Below, in pieces: positions 52,051 to 64,000 of a stretch of 64,000 nt of DNA. Location: positions 62,001 to 126,000 of the forward strand of contig JAXLNO010000357.1 of assembly GCA_038087875.1 (NCBI GenBank). Reading direction: 5' to 3'. Origin of the DNA: Malacoraja senta. Lineage: Eukaryota. Below the pieces are notes generated by a model. It searched no databases, had not been told where the DNA came from, and saw only the letters and a program-made list of their open reading frames with translations. How positions within the stretch are numbered: the first letter of the stretch is position 1; each line of letters starts with the position of its first letter. Made by a program: the position numbers and the translations under genes.

Positions 52051-53285
52051 GTGTAAGGGAATGGCACTCGAGGTATGATAGTTCTGACAAACTTTTTCCA
52101 ACATGAACGATTAACATTGTTTCTATTTCCACAGATGCTGCCTCACCTGGAGAGTTGTTGCCATAATTGTCTGCTTGTATTTTAGAGTTCCAGTACTCAG
52201 TTTTTATTTTTATTCCCAAACCATTCTGATTCCATGCAAGAGATAGCAACTAAGTCATGGGTGATATTTGAATTATAATTGATATTTGTACTTCTAATGT
52301 CCTGAGTATTTTTTTTTTATTATTCTCAGTTCATGGCTCATTCTCCATAAGAATTAATAATTCCCCCAGTAGCACAGAGCTACAATTCATATTCTTGAGG
52401 AGTCCACAGTGGTTTCTGGAAATTGAGAAATCAGCCAAAGTCATACACACACTGCAATTGTTGTTCCATACATATCCATTTTGGAGCAGTTAGGCAAGTT
52501 TACTTTTTCAAAAAACAGTGGTACACAGATTCTTGATAAACAAAGGGGTGGGGGTGAAATGTTAGCAGGGCTAGGGGGAATACAATATTGTAATCAAATC
52601 GGCCACAATCGAATTGAATGGCAGAGCAGGCATGAGGGACCAAGTAGTGTCCTTCTGCTCTTAAGTCCTGTGTTTGCCTGAATTAACAGAACCTCTCAGG
52701 GTCACTGTGTTCAGGCAGAGGTGGAATGACATTATAATTAATATGGATACCTCTGGAGATGTAAGTATGTAAGTCATGATTTATTTTTCCACTTTTATAA
52801 TTATGAAAACATTCCTCGTCAGATTCTCTCCATGTGTGAATATTTTTATGTCTCAGCCTTGAGACTCCTTATAATAAAATAGACCACAAGCACTCGCATG
52901 CAAATTGGTCTCTTGGGCAAAAAGCTTTATGCACTTGAGATCCCAGGAACTAAACCGCCATGCAAGCTAACTACCTTTGGGAGAAAAGAATAGGGAAGGC
53001 GAGAACAGTATAGATCTCTGGCAGAGTTACAAGGACATGAATGATTTATGTTCTACCACATCTTCGGACGAGTGTCTCCCTCTCATGAAGTATTTTAAGA
53101 ATCACTGTAAAAAGTCTTAATGCCTCGAGTATAATGTATTATTTAGGACTAGTACTGTCACAGTAATAACTGGGTCATACCGCTGAGATATGGTGAAAAA
53201 TGGTAGATTTAAAACCTTTTGTTTACGTGTTAATTTTACAAATTAACTATCAAATTGGAAAAATCCATGAGTAATGTTCCTGTGC

Positions 53286-53305
53286 AATTGCACCCTCTAG
53301 TGGTG
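53286..53305 (-). promoter_or_regulatory. Candidate CTCF site
   Basis: Minus strand CACCACTAGAGGGTGCAAT versus core CCACYAGRKGGCGC (one CpG-type change), in non-repeat DNA. Confidence 0.45.
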
Positions 53306-54133
53306 ACATGATTATGTCATGACCTGCGTAACTGCTGAACTAAAGTGAGATTTACCAATTCCTACAATCAATATTACTTGCATTCATTTTTTATTAATTC
53401 TATTTTGCTTCATATTTGTCATCATTGATTCTGCTGCTAATCCACCCACAAGGTTGGGTATTTCCAAGATGGAACCAGTAATCTTAGTTTTTGTTCGTTT
53501 GTTAACAGGAGACACTTTTCCATGATCCATTTGGCAATTCATTGGAAAGGTGATGGAAATTGCTAATTAAAATCCCGGTCCAATGTCAACAAATGCCACC
53601 ATTGGAATTCATTACCCATAAGATACAACTGGATACCGGTGGTAAAGAATTTCTGTATAGAATTCTTTAAGAGTATGTTTCCAGTTGGAAGATGCCATCT
53701 CCAGTCCCATTTCTTGGAAACTGGTGAATTTACAATTTATTCTCTAAATTAATAATGGCTCAGACTTTGCAGTTAATGGTGAAGTAAAAACATTGATTCG
53801 ACAGCTGCCCTCAAAGTTATACTCTGTAGAGTTGACAAACAGTAGGCTGGTCCAAAACAACACAAATCTAGGGTGAGAAAGCAAACTGAATACAAAATTG
53901 GCTTGATGGTAGGAGGCAGAAGGTGATAGTGGGGGGTTGCTTTTTGGATTGGAGACCTTTTACCAGTCGTGTGCCACAGGGTTTGGCAATGATTCCTTAT
54001 TGTTAGTCGGATACATAAATGATTTAAAAAAAGAATGTATGTGGCATGAATAGGTTATCAAATGACACGAAAATCAGTGTTTTAGTTGCCTGTGAAGGTT
54101 TTCTAGGGTTACAATAGGATCTAGATCAACTAG

Positions 54134-56319
54134 CTCGGAGAAGCAGCAAGGAGAAGCAGAGAGAAGAGACTATTGGCTTGAAAGTCTGTGAGAAAGAAGG
54201 TGAGTCACAGGGAAACACAGTTTAAAAAGATCCCCAAGACCCAGGTTCAGGTAATTTACTAATTAGCCCTAGATTATTTAATTATGTATGAGATTAAAAA
54301 CAAGTGCAGCTGTCGTGGAACAGCCTTGTTGGGAGTGGCCTTGCTGAGATGAAGTGCCTTGGTGAGTAAAGTGTGAGTCTTTGGCTCAAGAGTCTTCGGT
54401 GAGGAGACTGAGGCAAGGAGGCTACACTTGATTTGAAAGTTGTGGGATTTTTTTGTCCGTTGAAGAAATGGCAGGTAAGTTGGTGCAATGTGTTTCCTCC
54501 AGGATGTCAGGGACATTTCTGGTACTTCTGGAAACCACACCTGAGGAAATTGTGTCCAGATGCAGCTCCTGAATGATGGCGTTGGAGAACTGGAGCAGCA
54601 GTTGGATGACCTCGGGGTCATCCTGGAAAATTAGAATTAGAACAGGACCTACAGTGAGGTTGTCACACCAAGGATTCAGAAAGAGTGAAGGTGGGTGTCT
54701 GTGAGAAATAAGAGTAAACGTGGAGTGCAGGAGACACCAGTGGCTGAAAACAGGTACACCCTCTTGGAAGCGGACGACACAAAGATTGAGTGGTAGCCAG
54801 CGCTGTGATTCCAACTTTGGTGCTGAGGCTCAATGGGGAAGAGTGACGTCAGGCAGAGCCATAGTGGTGGGAGGTGAGGACCTACACGGTAAATGGTAGA
54901 CCTCTGGGTAGTGTTGTAGAGCAGAGGGATCTAGGAGTACAAGTGCATGGTTCCTATAAATTCTGGAATGAAATTTTTGGAATTTTTATAAAACTATTTA
55001 ATATAAAACTGAATCCCAACACAGAACTGATTATCTTCAGAGGAATGGAAGACGGATGTAAGCTAAATACTTTTCAAAAATCTCTTTTTAATTATGGCTT
55101 AATAACAGCAAAAAAACATACTTAAATTTTGGAAAAATGCATCCACACCAACGCTTAAAATGTGGATTTCAAATATGTCGGAAACGTTACATCTTGAAGA
55201 AATGAGATTCCTCCTCAGGTAAAGCAGACCAATTCTTAATGATTTGGTCTCCCTTTATCGACTTTTTACAAGCATATGGTGCAACACAACCGTAGAAATT
55301 AAATGTTTCAGAACCGGGTGAGGGGTGGGTAAAGTTATTAAATAGGTATGTCTCTCTTAATCTTTCTCTTTTTATTTCCTTTTTTTTTCTCTACTTTTTT
55401 CTTCTTTTTCTTTTTTTTTCTCTTTACCATTTCCTACCTTTTTGTTTACCTGTTTCTTTCTTCGGACTTTCTTTACTATTCACGAACTAACACTTTCACC
55501 ACTTTTTACGATACTCTCTTTTCCTCTATCTTTCCTATCTTCATTTTCTGTTTTATTGTTAAATTAAAAATAAGAAGTTGTACATGAACTGTAATATCTC
55601 AGTGTGTATTAGGTACTTATGTACTACAATATTGTACTTCTAATAAAAATAAATTCAAAAAAAATTAAAAAAGAGCATGGTTCCTTGAAGGTCGAGTCGC
55701 AGGTAGATAAGGCGGTCAAAAAGGCTTTTGGCACTTTGGCCATCAGTCGGAGTATTGAGTATAGAAGTTGGGAGGTCATGTTGCAGTTGTATAAGACGTT
55801 GGTGAGACGGCATTTAGTATATTGTGTTCAGTTCTGGGCACCATGTTATAGGCAAGATATTGTCAAACTTGAAAGGGTTCAGAAAAGATTTACGAGGGTG
55901 TGGCCAGGACTAGATGGTGTGAGCTTTAGGGAGAGGTTGAGTAGGCTGGGTAGGTATACAAAATCATGAGAGGAATAGATCGGGTAGATGTACAGAGTCT
56001 TTTACCCAAAGTAGGGGAATCGAGCACCAGAGGACATAGGTTCAAGGTGAAGGGGAATAGATTTAATAGGAATCCGAGGGGTAACTTTTTCACACAGAAG
56101 GTAGTGGGTGTATGGAACAAGCTGCCAGAGGACGTAGTTGAGGCTGGGACTATCCAATCGTTTAAGAAACAGTTGGACAGGTACATGGATAGGATGAGTT
56201 TGGAGGGTTATGGACCAAGCGCAGGCAAGTGGGACTAGGGTAGCTGGGACATTGTTGGCCGGTGTGGATGAGTTGGGCCAAAGGGATTGTTTCCACACTG
56301 TATCACTCTATGACTCTAA
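54134..56319 (+). mobile_element. Internally deleted CR1: 5' UTR and ORF1 start fused to the ORF2 3' end
   Basis: MAGKLVQC..CVQMQLLNDGVGELEQQLDDL (Zn finger/leucine zipper), NRYTLL, GRAIVVG, then directly RTYTVNGRPLGSVVEQRDLGVQVH..YCVQFWAP..TRGHRFKV and the CR1 tail. Confidence 0.8.
54956..55674 (+). mobile_element. 5'-truncated L1 inserted in CR1
   Basis: FWNEIF..LITAKK..FWKNAS..W..IWSPFIDFLQAYGATQ, T-rich UTR, AATAAA plus A tail; exact TSD gcatggttcct at 54945-54955 and 55675-55685. Confidence 0.9.
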
Positions 56320-59300
56320 CTGAAGAAATGGGTAAGGGAATGACTGATGGAATTTAAATTGGAGAAGTACAAAGTGGTCCATTTTGAAAAGTTTAATCAG
56401 TGATTGATAGGGTCTTGGAGTTTAATTGAACAGCAAGACAAGAACATAAGTATATAGTTCCCTGAAAGTGGTGGCACAGGTAGACAGAGTGGTGAAAAGG
56501 GATATGGTATATTTGCTTTCAAAGGCAGAGACATTGAGTACAGGCGTTGGGGCATTTATATTATACAGATCGTTGATTAGGCTGCACATTAAATATTATG
56601 TGAGGTTTTGTCATCATGCTGTAGGAAGGATGCGATTCAGCAAGCAAAGGTGCAGAAAAGACTCGGGAATGTTGCCTGGACTGGAGAGCTCGAGTTATGA
56701 GGAGATATTTGATAGACTGGGGTTGTTTTCCCTGGAGTGACTGAAGTTGAGGGTTGACCTTATAAAGGCTTACAAAATTGTGAGAGGCATAGATAAGTAA
56801 CAGTCTTTTTCCAAGAGTAGGAGAGTATTAAAACTAGACTGCATAGAATTAAGATGAATGGGTAAAGATCTGAGGGGTATGTTTTTCACACAGAAGGTGG
56901 TGGGTTTACTAAACGAGCTGCCAGAGGAGATGGTGGGGGAAGGTACAATTAGGATGTTTGAAAGATGTTTGGACAGGTACATGGATAGGACAAGTTTATT
57001 GGGATATGGGCCAAATGCAGGCAAATGGGATTAGCGTGGATAGGCATCTTGGGTAAGCATGTATGAGTAAAGCTGAAGAGCTTGTTTCCATGCTGTATAA
57101 CACTCTAACGGTAAATCTAATGAGGCTGAATTATTGAAAATATGCATTTTCAGGACAACATAAATTTTGTTGCTACTTAACCTTTACTGAATATACCCAT
57201 TGTAACATTCTTCACCCATATTGAATGGATAGCTACAGATTGATTATTACACCTATTTTAGTGTTGTTTACAGGTCAAGTCTGCGACAATGCACCCTGAG
57301 GAAAAGGAATGAGTAGAGCTTTTCTCTGACGGCAACATTTGTATTTTATTGTTCCGTCTGGACATCAGAAGTTGCTGCCAGATATAGCTTGTGCTGTTTG
57401 CTACATTATTATTCTTATCATAAATATCTGCAAATTGAACTAAAGTTCAAATTTGACTTGCACCTTTCATCCATAAAACATGGGTATCATCATTATCAGT
57501 ACAAAGTCCCTGTCAAGTCACAAATAAAGACAAATGGAGCAAAACTCTCGCAAATATTTAAACACAGAGGCAACTCTCAAATCTGTTCGTGTCAGGCTGC
57601 AGAGCTTGGCTGCAAACTTCTCAGACATGCTTATTTAGACATTTGCTATCATAAAATCCCTTTATTTTCAAGAACTCTCTGCAATCATACCTAAAAATCT
57701 AATATTTTTTTGAATTTGATTTTTTATTTATTGTGGAATATGAAAGATTTTAAGGTGTGCTAATCACTTTTGTTATTTAACTATCTGGGTTGTGAATAAA
57801 GAGCCACTCTGAGAGCAGAGCAATAGATGCAAGATGCTTTAAATTTAGTATCAATACAAACATCCGTGCAGGGAAGATTGGGTAGTATTGTCTCCCTGAT
57901 AATGAAAATTCATTGTTTTGTACGTTTTTTGATGCAATGATACTTGGGCGAGGGCCCCATAGCAGAAGCGTCCACGTCGCGGGGCTGGAGACTAGAAGTA
58001 TCCAGAGCTAATTCTGCTACCACCATCATCTATCAGGGGTTCCCAACCTTTTTCGGCCCGTTTACCCCAGGCAACTTTAATAGCACAAAACAATATTATT
58101 CCACAGATTCACCACCCTCTGACTTTAAAAAAAAAAGATCATCATCTCCTTAAAAGAACGTCCTTTAATACTGAGGTTATGACCTCTAGTCCTAGACTCT
58201 CCCACTAGTGGAAACATCCTCTCTACATTCACTCTACCCAAGGCTTTCACTATTCTAAGATGCTTCTTCAGAAAATATTTTCTTATTCCACTATCAACTC
58301 AATAATAGATAAAGGAGAATGGACCCAACTCATCTGGAGGTTGAAATTTGAGGGCAATCATGGAAGGCTTGATAAGAAGATAAGAAGAGATTGTTTCTCC
58401 TGGCTGGTAAGTCAGGCTCGGAGAAAAGGAGTTGTTCAGTTAGGATTGGGATGAGAAATATCTTCACTTAGAGGGTTGTGAATTTTTTTAATTCCCTCAG
58501 TCAGAATGTCATAGATGCTGAATCATGGAATATTTGCAAGACTGAAATTGATAGGATCTTGTGCACTTTGAGAATCAAAGGTTAGGATATGAGGAATGGA
58601 AATTGATGTAAAAGTTCTGACCTATTGTCCTTGAACAGACTGACGGGTTTAAGAACCTATTCTAGTTCCTACCTATGTTTTCACATTAAAGGCCAAGTTT
58701 ACATCTTTTGAATAAAGGGTTCTGAACTGAAACTTCTCTTGTGTATTAACATGAGTTTCAAGATAACATGAGGGTGCCTGACCCATTGGGACTTTGGGCA
58801 ATCAGTTTGCGAATGGGTAAGAAATAGCAGATGCGATGCTGTCAGCATCTCCCCAAACATATTTATAGTTTATGGGTCTTAGCAGTAATAACGGCTAGCT
58901 GTGTGTTACATTTGCAATTATGCAAAATAATTGCTTTGTTTCCTTGAGGAACCAACTGTTCATACTTGTTTTCAACATCACAGCTAACTCATCTAATTTG
59001 TAAAAGGGTTCAATATTTATTGCTGCGCCTGACATTGTATCCCATATAACGTTCATGGCTGCTCTTTTTAATACCAACTTTATGGTGTAATTTTGCAATA
59101 TCTTGTTGCATGCGAGATCAAAAAAGGTTTCATATTTCATGAATTGCATTATTATAGAATGTCATATGGACAACCATTTTACTTTAATCATGTGCTTTAT
59201 ATAATGAAATTGCTTAGATGAATACAATATTCATATCATTCATGAGTACTATTGAGCATATTATCAGATGCAATGGAGAGGCAAAACAATAAATACTGCA

Positions 59301-59871
59301 TCTCAAAAAGATTATTCGAAATTCAATTTGATTCTCAGAAAGCCATAACATGCAAAAGGATGATAGAGGAAGTCGGTTTGCTTTTTTTTCACTGTTGTGT
59401 ATTAGCTCGGCAGTCCCTAGTCAGCTTTCTGCAGTAGTCAAATTATATGCCTGACAAACATGCTGTTTAGCTTTTATCCACCTCTTTCCCTTGCAGCTCA
59501 ACAGAGAAATGTTGCCTAGCAACATCCATTGAAAGTACAATAGAGGAACAATTATTTCCAACGCTTTACTGAAAAACCTCTACCAAATCTCACAGGATGT
59601 GCACAGTTTTGATTCCACAACATAGCCATATTACTGTACACAGATCGGATTATCCCACTTGCAATGTGTGATGCCAAGCATAAAGTTCTTAATAAATGAC
59701 ACCACAAAACATTTCGAGGAAGGGTGATTTAAAATTTCTACATTTGTTATTTTAATTAAAATGGATTAAATTGTTAACACATTAAAATAACACAAACAAG
59801 AACCGATCAGAAGGAATTGAATGGGGAGGACAAGAAGGTTAATTCTTTAATGAACAAAGCCTTTGTTTTAA

Positions 59872-59967
59872 TCGAAGCTAGACAAAATGTTGGAGTAACT
59901 CAGCAGAGTCAGGCAGCATCTCTGTAGAAAAGGAATAGATTATGTTTTGGGTCGAGACCCTTTTTCA
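59872..59967 (-). mobile_element. Penelope-terminus single arm (degenerate hammerhead)
   Basis: caaaatgttggagtaactcagc..caggcagcatctc..gggtcgagaccctttttca. Confidence 0.65.
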
Positions 59968-60739
59968 AATGTCGAATGAATGAAACAATGAAGTACCAGG
60001 CTGGGGTACATATAACCACTGGCAAATTCTTGTGTGCAAGAATGATCTGAGCAGTAAATTTCTATGTAATTGTAAGTACGGTAGATGAAGAAGCTCCTCA
60101 CTTTGTATGAAACCTGGCTTGCAGATGATGAGAATTTGCCTCTCACAAAGTACATTGCCACATGAATGCAAAATGCCCCCCTCTTATAGCACAGTCCCCA
60201 ATATTATGGGACTAAATTTCCAATCATAGGAGAGGAATTATGGTCAGGTTCATCTGGACATCTAGCACTTTAGCATGCATGCATGTAGAATTTATTAGGA
60301 ATTGCCCTGTTGGAAATGGGGCTGATTGACAGGCTAGTTCTGTACTAGTGAGGGAATGCTGCAAGCCATGAGGGACAGGTTTCAGAGCTGCCAGGTTGGC
60401 ATTTGTGATGGGCTAGTAGGGATTGAAGGGCCACGGCAGTGTCAAGGAAGACCAGGATGGCCTGAAGAGTCAAACAGATAAAGGAATGCCATGGACTTTC
60501 AGGGAAAGGACATGAACTGATGAGAGGTAGATACTGTGGTTGTGAATGCATAAGCTTGATCATGGGTGTGCATGCGGTTGAGGTCAGTGTTTGCTGGGGA
60601 GGAGGAGGGACGTCGCTGATTATCAGAGATTATGTGATTTTGGTTGGGAGTGTTATTGATCATGGGGTCAATACTGCAAAAGCATTGGTAATCATGGCTG
60701 TCAATGATTTGAAAGGGTGACCTTATGCAGCATCAGTGA

Positions 60740-61262
60740 TTATAGAACTGTACGGCACATACATAATGTATGGGCCGAACCTGATGCCAAGACCATCACT
60801 TATCTACCTGCACATAACCTATATCCCTCCATTCCCTGCATATTCATATGTCTATCCCAAAGTCTTCTAAATGTTATTAACGTATCTGCTTCAATTGCCA
60901 TCACTGGCACTGCAGTCCAGACACTTATCACCCTCTGTATTAATTTTAAAAGAAACTTGCCTGCACATCTGCCATGTCCCTCTCACCTGAAGCCTATGCC
61001 CTCTAGTATATGATTTTTTTTTCCCCACTGGGGAAAAGGTTGACCCTATCATAATTGTATATACGACTTCCGGTCACCCTGCAACCTCTCGCATTCTAGA
61101 GAAAACAATCCAAGTCTGTCCAAGCTCTCCCTGTAGCTGATATCCCCTCAATTAGGCATAATTCCAGTAAACCATCACTGCAACCTTTCCAAAACCTACA
61201 TATCCTTCCTGTAACAGGACCACGAGAACTGCACACGATACTCCATATGAGGCCTATCCAAA
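60740..61262 (-). mobile_element. CR1-type LINE 3' fragment
   Basis: Reverse complement resembles the RPH.EY.VQF..LDRLGLFSLE..R.RG C-terminal region and 3' UTR. Confidence 0.65.
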
Positions 61263-64000
61263 TGATGATGAAGAGTTAGATTGATAGAGTACTGGTGAAC
61301 CCATTGGGGGAGTAATCACAGGAGATGGTCACTGAAAATGATGATAGATAAAACAGGAGGTTCTTGTGATCCCAGTATGGACCATGAGCAATTCTACAAG
61401 TACATTCCCAATCACACACCAACCTGCCTTGGATATCAACATAATCTCTAGTAAAATCTCCTGACCCGTCCTCCCAAACAGCATTGTAACAATAATGACA
61501 GTACATTCCCCACATCGGTTCAAAGGAGAAGAAGACCACTGCTTTCAATTGAAACTGTTTGGAAAGATGTGTCTTTTTTTTCATAATTAGCCTACCTTAC
61601 AAAAAAATGAACAGAAGAACATAAGGAGTAGAGACTTTGTATCCGAAAGCCTGCCTTGCATTTCAATATAATCATTGCATATCCACACTGGCCTCAAATC
61701 TCCTTCATAACCTTCAATTACCGAAACATTCCAAAACATATCTACCTCCACTTTAAATAATTCAAGTAAATTTGATTTGAAATTTCTTTTCCACTTTGCA
61801 GGGTTTTTAATTTCAGAAAATGTTTTGGGACTGATGCTGGAAATGTTCCACTGGCTCAGAGTATCAAAGATTATGGAACAAAGGCACATTGCTGTGAATG
61901 CTGGAATAAGCTTGAGGAGCTCAAGCGGCTGAAAAGCCTTTTCCGTTCCACTGTTCTTTTGATCCAAGTTCTATAGTGTATTTTGTAAAAAAGACTTTTT
62001 GATGAAAAATTATTTATTTCCCTACTTGAAAGTAAAGAAAGAGAGAGGGCATCTTCATTCCCCATTCTGAGTTGTCTGAACTGCTGATGACTATTTCAAT
62101 TAATTTTTTTAGGGCAATAGAACAGAAACTTTCCTTTGTATTAAAAGACCATCTAATGTGGGAAAAATGACAATCAAAGTGAACATGGTACTCAGACAGA
62201 GATTTCTGAAGGAGATTAGGAATGTCAGATGAGAGAATGGGAGGCAAAGATTCACAACAACATCAACAAAACCAGCATTTAAATCTATTGTGGTATTAAA
62301 ATTAAAAAAAATCTGAATAAGTATGTACAGCGAATACAGGAAGAATTATCTATTTGCTTGAATAAGGACTGCATTGTTAAAATATATTTCTGGCTCTTGA
62401 ATATTAAATTCAAATGTTTGATTTTTTGGGTTTGACAAGTATCAGTTTCAGATATGCTTTTCGCTTGTTTGCTTAACGCAGATGGCAAAAGTATTTATTG
62501 CCAGAGATTATTCTCCAACAAATACTTTAAGATCATTTAATTTCTATGTGATTATCAGTGATTATGATATTAGATAATTGTTTGATATAATTTGTAGAAT
62601 CTGAAGACTTGAAATTTACTCTAACAAAGGAAAAGAGGATATTGCATTCAGATCTGTACTATGGTACAGATAAACTTAAACAGGTTTAGACTCTTTCCAT
62701 TGATCATGTCTACATTCTAACTGGAAATAGTGAATAAAAAACATGTTGTTTCCATTTTATTCAAAGTTGAATCACTCACTTGAGTAAAGGCACCAAAAGT
62801 TCCATGATGAGATTGTATGGAGGTGTGACCTTTCCTCGTCATCCTGACCTTTGGATGGATGGCTTTTGAGTATCTTTCTCACCAAGATTTTTCACTCTTG
62901 CAATTTCTCACCTCACAGTTACAATATACAACATTTTCAGTAAGAAATTGATATCAGATACTCGTTCTAGTGGGAAAACATTAAAAATTTAAACCATGGA
63001 TGTAGTTGTGTACAGCAATTAACACAACATGATTCCTATTATTGTCATGAACTACACTACACATGTGATTGTATGACATAGAACAATTCATTCCAATTTA
63101 TCAAAACGTCCTATTGCAGTAGTATAGATTTTTTTTGTGGGATGCAAATTCTGAAAGGTCTAAGATTACATGACAATGTGATTCTATTTGCTGATAACTA
63201 ACTTAGCTAAATGAGTTTTCTTCTAGACTAGGCTTATGGTGATTTTGCTTGTAAAAGTGTTGGGAATGGTTAAGTCATAAAACAATTTAAACATCACAAA
63301 GTGTCATCAACAAAGAGGGCTGTTGGGAGAAATAGTATGGATACAGTGGGGAAAGTCTGGAGATTGAGGAAGGACGAATTCTGGCTAAAAACTATTTTGG
63401 GGATATCTAGGCCTAGAGCAACTGTGTTGTAAGAATGTTGAAGCTTTTTTTTTTAATGCTTGAATGGTTACTTGCTATTTGTAAAGCAATATCTGCAGTT
63501 CCTTGTGGCTCTACCTGTTCTTTATTCTGTCTTTAGTAACCATTCCATGCACACATCTCAATTCTTTTGAATTTTTTCATAACAAATAACCTGAATTTCT
63601 TATGGAAATGATAATAATGTTGTTTCACATTATTTAATTCAATCACATTAAGGAGTGTTGAGCTGGTGACTGCCCCTTTGCCATGGGGAAGTTGTGTCAA
63701 TATAACAGGGTGGCCATTTAGGACCAAGGTGAAGAGAAGTTTGTAGATTACTTGCCCCTGACATGTAGGGAGTGATTGCAAAAGTGAGATAACAGAACTG
63801 GTGTGAACGTGATCTATGTTTGCATGGATTCTGTGGGATGAATGGCCTGTTTCCATGTTGTATCTCTCAGTCCATTCAATCAATCGAGTATTCCTATTCA
63901 GATGGTTGCTAATCCTTTGTTATCTACTACCGAGGGAGGAGGATGCTCAATCACTTGTATTTAAGATCAAGACTGATTGATTCTTGGTCATGCCAAGGAA

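Larger units (their letters stand above)
53880..57108 (+). mobile_element. Old CR1 RT/3' region (53880-54133 plus 56320-57108), split by a younger CR1
   Basis: ..LQ*DLDQL at ~54110-54133 rejoins KW..E*LMEF..EKYKVVHF at 56320 onward. Confidence 0.7.

Noticed and set aside
55348..55587. Phe-rich, membrane-protein-like ORF
   Set aside because: It is the T-rich 3' UTR of the L1 insertion.
60340..60720. Possible old Penelope N-terminal fragment or exon
   Set aside because: Too degraded to assign; no convincing motif or splice structure.

Overview
Eukaryotic, AT-rich, non-coding vertebrate DNA (large intron or intergenic). The repeat content points to a cartilaginous fish such as a skate, ray or shark: HE1/V-SINE-like tRNA SINEs with CR1-type tails, a Deu/SacSINE1-like relic, and Rex1/Babar, CR1, L1, L2 and Penelope elements. 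I could not support any host protein-coding exon; every recognisable ORF is transposon-derived. Main items: (1) a nested block at 3737-10660, in which a Rex1/Babar LINE contains a 5'-deleted DIRS1-like tyrosine-recombinase retrotransposon (perfect 80-bp terminal/ICR inverted repeat) and a second, inverted copy of itself; (2) a Neptune-type Penelope RT + GIY-YIG fragment (16978-18104), plus about 18 short, mostly palindromic Penelope-terminus elements centred on a minimal hammerhead-ribozyme motif (CTGAAGA-A-GGGT-N4-RCCC-GAAA-CGTY), several with 11-19 bp TSDs; (3) a 3.7-kb teleost-like L2; (4) two related solo LTRs; (5) Harbinger-type and hAT MITEs; (6) a GC-rich non-autonomous retroelement family with a conserved 3' hairpin; (7) an isolated pre-miRNA-sized hairpin. 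There is one 200-N assembly gap. All family assignments come from recognising motifs by eye, not from database searches.
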